From contig CM022673.1 of the NCBI GenBank assembly GCA_012295275.1, positions 4,836,001 to 4,900,000 of the forward strand: a stretch of 64,000 nucleotides of DNA, given 5' to 3'. A model generated the notes under the pieces. That model made no database searches and was not told the origin of the DNA. It saw only the letters and a list, made by a program, of their open reading frames with translations. Each line of letters opens with the position of its first letter. Positions within the stretch are counted from its first letter, which is position 1. Origin of the DNA: Chrysomallon squamiferum (lineage: Eukaryota; Animalia; Mollusca). The position numbers were made by a program, and so were the translations under genes. Of the stretch, positions 12,868 through 23,800 are shown in pieces.

Positions 12868-13530
12868 CATGCGCTCATAGATAACCAAAATATACGAATC
12901 GTTTTAAGTTCAAATTGTTCAAGATTGTTATTAGTTACATTTGTGTGTGTGTGTGTTTGTGTTACTAAAAAACTGTTGATTTGAAATTAATCAGGATATT
13001 AGTTTTCAATATTTATAACTCAAAACAATTTTGAATTCAAAGAACTTAATTATTATTTCAGATAAACGTTGAAGGAAAAATGAATTAAATCGTCATTAAA
13101 ACAGATCATTAACTTTTGATAAATATTTTTAATTTATTTTTCACCTAAAGCTGAATCGTAGTTAATGTTTTTTCTGTTACATAACTTCCAATATAACATA
13201 TCAAATTTAAAATTTGATAATTATAAATAAATTTAAGTAGGTATCATTTCATACACTGCAGTTTCTCAAATGTAATCATTGTAAATCAGTGTTTCCCGAT
13301 TCAAAATATTGTCTGTTCGAAATCTTCCTCAGTTTTACTAAGTAAACAACACCCTTTTCCCCCTTTAATTCAAATTTACATGCCATTATATTTTAATGAA
13401 GTGTTCTACGACCGAAACTAAGGGAGATTATTCAAATGTATGCAACGTCAGAAGCGAAAAGATTTCTAAGGCAAATGGCTGCCGATGTGTTTGTCAAAGT
13501 TTTGTTTTTGCTTTGTAAATAAACATAATA

Positions 13531-13578
13531 ATGGATGACGAAGAACGAAAAAAGAAATTAGAAGCAGGGAAAGAACGG
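13531..13578 (+). CDS. AKAP9: AKAP9/PCNT-like exon 1 (MDDEERKKKLEAGKER)
   Basis: ataATGg start; donor CGG|gtatgt; 48 nt, phase 0. Confidence 0.92.
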
Positions 13579-14591
13579 GTATGTTTTTCTTTTTTTAGCC
13601 AATTAAATACAGTGAACCACATTTTTGTTGGCGCATGTGCTCGCCGGGACTTCTGTCCTGAAACTTGAAACTTCAAGTCTGAACATACGGAAACGTTTTC
13701 CAAATGACTTCAGTTACTTGTTTGTTATGCGCGCATTGTTTTGTTACATTTGCAAATAAATTCGTATTTGATTTATTACCTGTATTGAAAATATTATATT
13801 CAATTTCAACTTTGAAATTTAAAAATAAAAATAAAGTCGATGTTCACCACAAATTTCATAGTCATTACTACTTTTAGTTTTAACTTTTATCCATGAAATA
13901 TATTTAATTTTAAATAACTTTTATATTATTTAGTGCATTAAATAACTTTAATTTTACTTAGTAGTATATAATGTTATATAATATAGCTACAGCTTGCAAG
14001 TTGCTAAATATTTCATCCAGGTTGCTAAATCCAAGGATACCAGAAAAAACATTTCTGTTAATATAGTAAATGTGCCATTGTAATTCATCAATTTTAACAA
14101 ATGTGAGGAAGCAGTTATTAAGTTGCTTTTGAAATAGTCATTTGTATACTCGGGTAATGTAATTCAATTCATATTCATTTGGTCATTGTTTCAAAACTGG
14201 GAAACATTTGGAAATGTGTGATACTAAAGAATAAATTTAGAACAGTTCTTTTAGCTGTTGTATTGGTTGGCTAGATTTATATCAGCAATGCAGTATTTAA
14301 GTTTACCCCCAAAACTTCCAAGTTTCATATTTACCATTTTACGTACAGTGCTTAATATATACTGTTATGTAAGTGTCAAAATTAATCACTTCCTTCTTTT
14401 CAATCAAGCCATACTTTGCAGAATTAAGAAACTTATCCTTTATTAAAACTGCCATAAGTGTAAAGTGAAAAATTATAAAATTGATCTTGCTATGTAAAAT
14501 TTTTTAAATTTAATTGGTAATATTTATTTATGTTTTAAACTTGGACGTGTACTAGTGATATTGAGACTTAATTTTATTACTGAAATTTCAG

Positions 14592-14738
14592 TTAGCTGCT
14601 TTCCGAAGGAAAAAAGCCAAAAGGAAAAGGCGACCTGAAGAAACATCAGGCAGTGGTGATGCAGCACAGAATATTGGCATAGATGGCAATTCTGCAGATA
14701 TTTCATCTTCAAGTGATGTTCAGTCACTGACTGAAGAT
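14592..14738 (+). CDS. AKAP9: AKAP9/PCNT-like exon 2 (LAAFRRKKAKRKRR...QSLTED)
   Basis: tttcag| ... |gtaagt; 147 nt, open reading frame. Confidence 0.92.
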
Positions 14739-15757
14739 GTAAGTATTTATTAATAAAAAAATTATTCTTTTGCCAATTGTTTCAAACTGAAAAAAAATAA
14801 CAAAACATTTGAAAATTTGTGTATTTGTTGGTTATTTTTAGATATGTTTATATCACTTGAGTTTTGGATTTGGTTATTAACTGATTAAAAAGAGACTGCC
14901 CCAACCCACCCCAAAAACACCCCAGAAAACTAAACACAGAAAACGTTTATAGGCCTATTTACTTTTTTTCTTTTAAGCAGAATGTTTTTTGTGTAATAAT
15001 TCATAATACTGACTAAAAAAGGCTTGTCTAGCTTAAAGAATACTCTGTTTGATGCATCTTCAAAGACATTGACAGCACATTACTGTTTAATTTTGACAAA
15101 TTGTGTTTTATTTAATTAACCAAAAGAACAAAGATGTTATGTTATTTTTATTAAAAAAAATTGGTGTGTTTTATTTGTAGTAATATTTTATGCCCAACAG
15201 AGGCTTTATAAAATATGGAAGGAAAACAAAATTTAAGGGAATGAAAAGATGCTACTGTGGTTTTATTATTATAAAATAATTTATATGTAAAGGAAATTAA
15301 CATGAATATAACATAAAACATTTTTAATTGTTTTAAATATTCCTTTTAAGATTGGGTTATTGTAGTTTCTAAAAACATAAATTAATGGACAAGAGACAGA
15401 TGTTATTCTTTTATTGTTTAACTTATCACTTTTGGTAATAATATTAAAATTATTTTCTTATTTAAACATATATTTTTAAATTATAATACAAATCATTACT
15501 ATAATACTTAATACCTAACATTTTTTTTATTCATTTTATTAAATGTTCTTGTTGTTTATTTGACTTTTAAAATTATTTATTTGTTTAGTTTCCAGTTAAT
15601 ATTGATTATTTTCCGATAAAGTCTGTTAACTAATCCATTCACATTTGTTTACTAAAAAGAAATGAATATTGACTCACAATGTCACTAACAGCTGTTGTTT
15701 ATTATTTCATTTTGTTTGTGCATGATCAGAACTGCATGGAGTTTGTTTTTATTTCAG

Positions 15758-15808
15758 AGTGATCAGTTATCCTACAGTGATACTAGTGGGGATGAATGGT
15801 CAGAAAAG
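15758..15808 (+). CDS. AKAP9: AKAP9/PCNT-like exon 3 (SDQLSYSDTSGDEWSEK)
   Basis: tttcag| ... AAG|gtgtgt; 51 nt, phase 0/0. Confidence 0.75.
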
Positions 15809-15997
15809 GTGTGTTTATGTTTTAATTAATATTGAAATTAATGTGTGTGTGTGCACTCTTATTTTAATTTTTTTTAAACAATAAAATATTATTGGTTTAA
15901 TTCTGTTCACACTTACAAACACATGAGTACTCAAGAATGAAATTTTTGTTCATGCTAATTTTTAATTTTGTCTATACTAATTAGCTGTTTATGTATG

Positions 15998-16212
15998 CAG
16001 GGTGTCCCAATAAAATATATAAACACATCTTACTAAAATCAATGAGTTGAAATGACAGCTGAAAATGAATACTATCAAAAGCCCATTGAAGTGGTTTATT
16101 ATTTTTTAAAACCCATATCTCTGCATTATCAGACATCAGTTAGAAAATCTATGATAACTCTGACTGATTTTTAATAAATCAAAGAACATATAGGTTTTAT
16201 TGGGACACTCAG
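15998..16212. mobile_element. Tc1/mariner-type MITE (215 bp)
   Basis: Terminal inverted repeats cagggtgtcccaataaaa / ttttattgggacactcag (16/18 match), TA on the right flank, extra subterminal inverted similarity, and no ORF. Confidence 0.7.
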
Positions 16213-16586
16213 TATTTTTCATTACAAATGCATAATATAAAGTTTAAATAAATATTAACTTATTTAAGTAAATTAATTATTCATTTTTTGACATTGTTAT
16301 AAACTGAATATGTAAATAAGAGAGTACATTTTGTATTTCAGTGTTTTCATTTTCATTCTGAAAATCAAGTCTGTTTATTACAAAAATATATATTTTTTTA
16401 AATCAGATTTTTAATTTTAATATTAAATAAAATTTGTTGGGATAACTAGCATGACTGTGTTTATAAAAAAACACAAATTATTATTATTATATATAATTCA
16501 AACAAACAATAAATAATAAAATTGGAAAACTAAAGTTTTTATACTTGGATTTTAGTTGATTATTTGAAATTATGTCCTTATCATAG

Positions 16587-16751
16587 GAATCTGAATTGCA
16601 CAGTGCTGTTTACTACCAGGCCAAACTGAGCCATGCCAGTCAGCGTGTGGCTGAACTGGAAGAAATGGTGGAAGGGAAACAACTGGCTCTTGACAGGCTT
16701 GTTAAAGAAAATCAAGCTCTTAAAAGTCAACAAACCACAGATGTACATCAG
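16587..16751 (+). CDS. AKAP9: AKAP9/PCNT-like exon 4 (ESELHSAVYYQAKL...ELEEMVEGKQLALDRL...)
   Basis: catag| ... CAG|gtataa; 165 nt, open, coiled-coil-like. Confidence 0.88.
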
Positions 16752-16964
16752 GTATAAAATATAGTTAGAGCAGCCTGGTTTATTTCTAATATTACAGAAA
16801 ATTTGAGAATAGAAGTTTTGTTTCAGTTTAATTGATTGTTACGAGCAGAATAAATAATACATTTTCTTTGACACTGTATTCACTGAGTGAATCTTTTTAA
16901 AATAAATTTAAGTAATTGAAAATTTGTGGTCACTGTTAATATTTTATTTTATTTTGTTTTATAG

Positions 16965-17036
16965 ATTGAATCAAATGACAGGATGATTGATGTGAATGAA
17001 AATGGAAATAAAGCAAAAAGTGATGGTCCTGAAAAG
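16965..17036 (+). CDS. AKAP9: AKAP9/PCNT-like exon 5 (IESNDRMIDVNENGNKAKSDGPEK)
   Basis: ttttatag| ... AAG|gtatta; 72 nt, phase 0/0. Confidence 0.8.
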
Positions 17037-17273
17037 GTATTAATAAAAAATCATAATTTTATTTAGTTGATCTTTGTGAATTAGTGTTATATTATTTTGG
17101 CTTCTTATTTGAAGTTTAACTAGATATTAAGTGAAATTAATTTAAAAAGGATTTATTAGAATATGATTTGTTCTAATGTAAAACACTTTCAGATTTTGAA
17201 ATTTCTTGTGTTTGCAAAGTATGTAATAAATACTTTAAGACACACACATATTTAATTTCATTTTCTTACTTAG

Positions 17274-17438
17274 GCTCGACTTCATGATCTTCACATGGCT
17301 CTAGTTCAGAGGGATGCTATAATTCAACAACTGACTGTACGACTGAGAGCGACCATGGAAAAAGATGTACCAGACTGTTACACAGAAACTCAGAATTTAG
17401 CCAAACAGGTGGCTCTGCTGCAGCAGCAGCTAATGGAG
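17274..17438 (+). CDS. AKAP9: AKAP9/PCNT-like exon 6 (ARLHDLHMALVQRDAIIQQLTVRL...QQQLME)
   Basis: cttag| ... GAG|gtaagt; 165 nt; QRDxIIxQLT family motif. Confidence 0.92.
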
Positions 17439-19209
17439 GTAAGTTTCTCTTTTCATTTTTTGAAGCAATACGGTTTTCTTTGCAGTACAGGTTTGCAGTT
17501 GCGAGTTCATCTGAAGTGTTAGAAGTCACAGGATGAAATCTTCAGAGAGCCATTATTGAACACATTTTGTTGTGATTTTCCGTTTTTCCTTTTATTTATA
17601 TATAACAGGAAGATTATTGAAAAAAAAGTCCTGCTAGTTGTTAAAGAGAAGCATTTGTCTGAGAAACATTTTTCTTGTATCTTATTTTGAAATTACATTA
17701 ATGTTTTACTATAATAATCAAACCGTAACTTATTTACATTTAAAAAGAGAAAAAAAAAGAAAACATTTTTTGTCTTATTTTCTTTTTTTTTTTATCTTGC
17801 TTTTGTAAATATTAAGATTTTATTGTATATGTATATAAAATTAAATTAAAATTATCTTAAAAGATAATTTGTTTTTGTAATAAATGGAATAACAGAATGA
17901 ATGTAAATTTATTTAAAGGAATTCTCAGGCTAAAACTGTGACTGCTGTGCATATTTAGAGATGTTAATTAGCCACTGCATAAAATAGTTTGCTAGAACAG
18001 TCATATACATAATATGTGATGGAATATATCTTTTACAGAATCAATTTATAAACACATTATCTAAAACTGAACTTGTCATTGTGTGTTTGAGTATTATTTT
18101 GTTTATCTCTCCAGTTGTTGCATTTCATGGCCAAACCATTGTAGATTTATAACATATTTAGTGAATGAACTATCGTGAGAAAAATTAACTGGTGTGTTTG
18201 TATTTGCAGTGAAAATACCATTAGATGTATATTTCACTAAAAGACAGCAAGGATTTTATTAGACAAATGCTGAACATTTGTGCCTTAAAATTTATTTGAT
18301 TTAATGTTATGACTTAATAATAGAAAGAAACAGAATATTGTTGTTGATATATTCTTGAACTGTTACTTGTGAAATAATTATGCAGGATATATATGTTGTA
18401 TTGAGATTATTGGGCACTAAAAATATAGTAGATAAAATCAGCAGAAATCACATTATTTTCCTAATTAAACTTTGATATAATATTTATAGGTTAAGCTCTG
18501 TTTTGCAGAGAGACTGTTGTGTGCCTGCTGTTTAATATTTTATTTTGATTATAAGTGGTTTTATCTTTGAGTAAATGATGTCAAAATGTTTTTGTGTGTC
18601 TGTGTGTTTAGTTTGTTGTTCAAGTTAACTGTAAAACAGTCACTCATGTTTATATCACTGATGTGCTTAAACATATGTACCTTATTATTAAGAATGTTTA
18701 ATAATTTATTTAATAATATTTCTAGTTATTTATTGTTTTACACTTGTATAACTACAACATTATAAATCTTTTACAGATTACTATTTTATTTATGACAACT
18801 TTAAAATTTTGTCTTGTTAATCAGAAACCACTCTGTTGAAAAACATCAATTAAATGATTGTTTATTCTGATGTGTGAAATATTAAAAAAATGTTTTTTTT
18901 CAATTTCCATAGCATTGTTACTGGCTTTTGCTACTAAAGTAGTCAGGCTAAGCCTTATTAGTATTAACCTTTGTGATATCAAGCTGGTTTCAAACTCATA
19001 ACAGAAATAAAGTAATAAAATAATTGCACAAAAATGTTGTTGTTCACTTTTTTAATTTTCATAATTTTTCTTGTATCTGAAATGTGGAGTTTTCTTCACC
19101 ATCATTTTTCTTGACTACATTTTTTAAAAACACATTTGTTTTCACACTTTTTTTTGATGTTTTGTCTTGGATATTTTTGGGTGTATAGCTTTTTATAGAG
19201 TCAGGGCCA

Positions 19210-19380
19210 AGACCTAAGCAAAGACCTGGACGCTTGAATACTTTCTTCTTGTGGTTAGTATTCTTTGTATAGTTTGAGGCCAAATCCAATAATAATCATT
19301 GTCATAGCCGTCCTAAATTTCTTCTAGTTATTATGTAAACAGATTTCAGTGTCTTGCTGTTTCCAGTCTTTGCTTAGTCT
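19210..19380. repeat. Inverted repeat / possible MITE remnant
   Basis: ctaagcaaagac (19214-19225) is the exact reverse complement of gtctttgcttag (19366-19377); pairing extends to ~20 bp with bulges. Confidence 0.5.
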
Positions 19381-20809
19381 CTAACAGCTTGCAAATATAT
19401 GGTGATGAGGAAAAAAAAAAAAAATCTTTTCTCAAATAATAATTTTAAATACAATCAACAACATTCTAATTCCTCCCCATATAAAAAACAACACCAGCAC
19501 GTAGAAGAAACGAACAAAACAAAAAAAAAAAATTAAAAAAATAAAGTACAGAAGTGTTGATTTTTCTAATTAGAATATTTTAAAGTTTTTCATTTTCAGT
19601 GATAAAGTTAATAGTCTGCTTAGAGAGTCTGCATTAGGAATTAAAATTTGACCAGAAATTAACTTGCATATAATTATTTTATTTTTCTCATCACCTTGAA
19701 TCTTTATACATTATTCTGAAAATTAAACTGCTTGTTCTTTTTTCCATTTGGTTTCAGTATCCTTTATTTTCTGTCTTAGTTCTTAGCATAGCTGAGAAGC
19801 ACTTCATGCAGTTTCCTTTCAAATTTCAGTTCATGGCATGAAAGTCATTATATAACATTATCATGTTTGAATTGCCATTTCATAGCTATAGATAATAGAT
19901 GAACATTGGAAAATGAAAATAATACAATTCTGATGGAGTTTGATTGCTTAACACTTGGTACATAGGAATATATTTTTACTGTTAAATTTAGATCAGCAAA
20001 CAGTATTATCTGCTTTAATTTATTCTATGTTTGATGTAAATGTGTGTTGAAGAGAAATATTTTCTAAGTGAATGGGTTTGAGTGAATGCCTGCTAAATAA
20101 TTTATAATAGTTTTCTAATATCCATGTTATGCTTGTAATTTGTTCATTTGATTTCATGTAAATGTTTGCTGCTATATATACATATATATATATGTACTTT
20201 GTCTTGTGTTTATTATATGTTGATATGTTTTTGTTACCAGTGTTCATTTTGTGCATGACAGCACTTGATATAATTATTTTTGCTCTACAATAACTTAATG
20301 TATGTTGTATGTTTCTGTTCAAACTGTTATTTGTTTGATAATGCTCCATTTTTGTTAGATAGATTTAGTATTGTCTTTCTGGACAATAGATAATTTTTAA
20401 AATAAACAGAATTTTTAAAATCTGCATTACAGCACTGTTCTGAAGCATACAAATTCTTTGTTTTATGTGGATAATTTAATTTTATTTGCACAAAAGAGAT
20501 TTTATTCTAATTAAAGTAAACATTTCCAAACATAGCCATATATATATATTAATAATTTCAAATAGTCATGTATATATGCAAAAGTTTAATTTGAATCAAA
20601 CTAATTTTCTAAATTAAACAATTTAGTTGCTGAATCATGCATTTTCAAAAGCTTAGGATTTGTTGGTCAATTATAGAAGTTCTGATTTGGAAAATTTAAA
20701 AAATATAAATTACGACATTTATTATTATTATAAAAAACAATTGTTTTTAATATTTTATATTTTCATATTTATTTAATAAATTGATTTCTAACATTTTTTT
20801 TTCTTACAG

Positions 20810-23800
20810 GCTGGTGAAGCTCTCCGAGGCCAGATGAATCATCACAGCCTATCGTCTAAAGCACTTCAAGAAGCCAAGGCAGAAATCCTGTCACTACAGG
20901 TAAAGCTACAGAAGAAAGATGACATTCTGACAAATGTAAAACAAGATCTGATGAGGAAAACTGAAGAGGTTTTAAATCTTGGTAATTCCTGCACAGAGTT
21001 AAAAGAACGTAAAGAAGAACTTCAGAAAGAATTGCTTCTTGTGAAGGAAGACAGAAACAGTTTAATGATAAAACTACAGGATCAGAGTGATGTTGACAGT
21101 TTGAGAAAAGAATTGGAAAAACTTGAATCTGATTATAACAGTGCACTGTCTGAAATGTCAGAACTTAAGAAGCATAATGCAGATTTAGAAGCAATTGCAG
21201 TTGAAAAAACTGCCAATCGTAAAGATTTTGAGGAACTTCAGTCTCATGTAGAAGAATTAACATCTGACAATGCTAAACTTGAATTTGAAGTAACAGAACT
21301 GAAATCTTGTATAATTGAATTGGAAACAACATGTTCACAATTCCAAAAGGAAGCTGAACAAAAACAGTTTGAAACCGACAGAATGAGAAACAAGATTAAT
21401 GATCAGCAAGGAGAAATTGTTGACATGAGAACTCAGCTGGAATTACTACAAGATGAAAATTTAGAGACCTCTGAAAAATTGAATCAGCTGCTTGAGAACA
21501 AAGAAGAAGAATTTGCAAATGAATTAAAGGCTAGAATTGACGAAATACAAGCTTTAAAAAATGAGCACCAGATGTATAAGGAAACCATTGAAAAACTTCA
21601 TGAAGAAATCCATATTTTGAAGAAAGAAACTTTAGAAAACATAGCTGGCAAAGAAGAAAGCAGTACTGTTAAAATTGATTCTTCTACACAGTCCAATGTT
21701 ACTGATCTTGTTGAAATGTCTGTGGAACAAGAACATTTTGAAACCTGTGAAAAGGTCAGGCATTTTGAACCAGAACAGGCAGCATTGCAGTATTTCAGTC
21801 TAAATACTGGAGCTGCTTCTGTTGCTGATGGAGGCAGGGTACAAATACAGAGGCAACATGATACCAATTCTAACAGTGAGCATCTTCTCATAGATGAACA
21901 GCTGAGTAACAAATCCCTTCCTGAAAAAATTCAGATTCTCAGATCTCTGCTGATAAATGCACAAACAGAACTGGAATCAAAACATGTAAATTTACAGCAA
22001 CTCAATAATGAATATGATAATTTAAAATTACAGATTGAAAGCCTGTTGAAAGTTCAAGAAGAATTTAGTGAGCTGAAGACTAACTTTGATAAACAGAAAC
22101 ACTGCTATCGGGAGGATGTAAAAAACCTTCAAGATATGTTAGATCTTCTCAAAGTTGATTTTGAAAAACTACAGTCAGAGAATTCAAAACTCATTCAAGA
22201 GAAAATGGATCTTGAAAACACTATTCAGACCATGGCAGATGAAAAAGTTTCTTTGGAAGAAAATGTTGAGACATTAAGATCTGAGAAACAGTGTTTGATG
22301 CTAAAAGTGGAATCGGCCGAGAATGATAAAGTATCAGAATGTAAGAGACTGGAAGAAGAATGTGAAAGATTGCAAATACAAACTGTAAGCCAAGAAGAAA
22401 TGCTAAATCAGTATAGAGAAAAGATTGACCATTCGTCTAAACAAACAGAAAAACTAAAAGAAGAACTTGACAATCTCCAAGCCAGTATTGAAGAAATTAC
22501 TTTAAAGAAACAAGAATTGATTCAAGAAATGCAGAAACAAAAGGAAACTTCAGAGTGTGAGATAAATCATCTTAAAAGTGAGTTAGGTCAAGTTCATGAG
22601 GAACTGAACAGAACAGTGACAACTGAGCAACAGCAGACATCTGCTGTACAACTGAAACTGGATACTTTGTCAGAAGAACTGATGAAACTTAGAACAGAAG
22701 TAGCCAGTTCAGAAGCTCAGATTTTAAATGAACAGAAATTGAAAAATGAGTATAAGAATGAAAATACCAATTTGTCAAATGAACTGAAAATACTACTTGG
22801 TGAGCTAGATCAAGCACAAACAACCATTCAGAAAATAGAGTTAGAGAAAAATAAACTTCTTGATGATAATGCAAAAGCTAATGCAGAAGTGCAGAAACTT
22901 ACAGTAGAGTGTGAAAATTTAAGGAGTATTTTTCAAAACCAAGAAGAAAATCTGACTGATGAAATAAACCATTTAGAAATATCAATAGAAGAGGCCAGAA
23001 AACAGGCAGTAATAGAAAAGATAAAACATGAAGAAGCAAGACATTCTTTTGAAATGAAATATGAACACTCTCAAAATGAGGTGGACAGACTTCAGGCTGA
23101 GATTAATGAAGCACGTTCAGCCATTTCACATCTTGAAACTGAAAAACAACAGGAGTTACAACGTTATGAAACTAATGTTGCAGAGTCAGCTGCAGAAATT
23201 GAACATCTGAAAAAAGAACTGTCAGAGAATACACTTGAACTTGATGCTATGCAAGAGAAATATGATGCAACACAAAGTGAATATGAACAATTCAAAATTG
23301 ATAGTCAAAAATACATAGACAGTCTTAAAAAGAAAGTTGAATTTGTTAACGAAGAAACTGAACAAATGTTAGCTCATAGTGAAAGAAAACAAGCTGGTCT
23401 AGAAGCCAGTCTTGCTGCTACTTGTGAAGAACTTGATCGACTAAAGATAGAAGCAACTAATTATAAGACTTCTTTTGAATCGCAGCTCTTGATAAGCTCT
23501 GAGCAGCTTGCAGAGTCACAGACAAAGCTGGAAAGTATGGAACAGTTAATTGATGATTTGAATAAAAGAAACAACAGTAATATGCAGAATAAAGCAGAAA
23601 TTGAACTACAGAGTGAAAATTTGGCATGCGAGATACGTAGCATTCAGAGTTTACTAGATGTCAGTAGAGCTGAAGTTAACAGCTTGCAGTCTCAAATCAG
23701 TTCCTTGAAAGAGAAACTGGAGAATGAAGAAACCTCAAAAATTGAATTGCAGCAAATGTGTGATGCATTGACTGATGACTATAATCAGGCTGTGAAGAAA

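Larger units (their letters stand above)
11700..13800. promoter_or_regulatory. Shared divergent promoter region of MLH1 and the AKAP9-like gene
   Basis: The start codons are 1.9 kb apart, head-to-head. CpGs are visibly more frequent here than in flanking introns. Mirror motif at 12276-12292 and 13417-13433; YY1-like aaatggctgcc near 13474; NRF1-like (g)catgcgc/gcgcatg near 11713, 12867 and 13631. Confidence 0.75.

Noticed and set aside
19059-19289. 76-aa minus-strand ORF
   Set aside because: Non-ATG start, K-rich because of T tracts, no homology; overlaps an inverted repeat.
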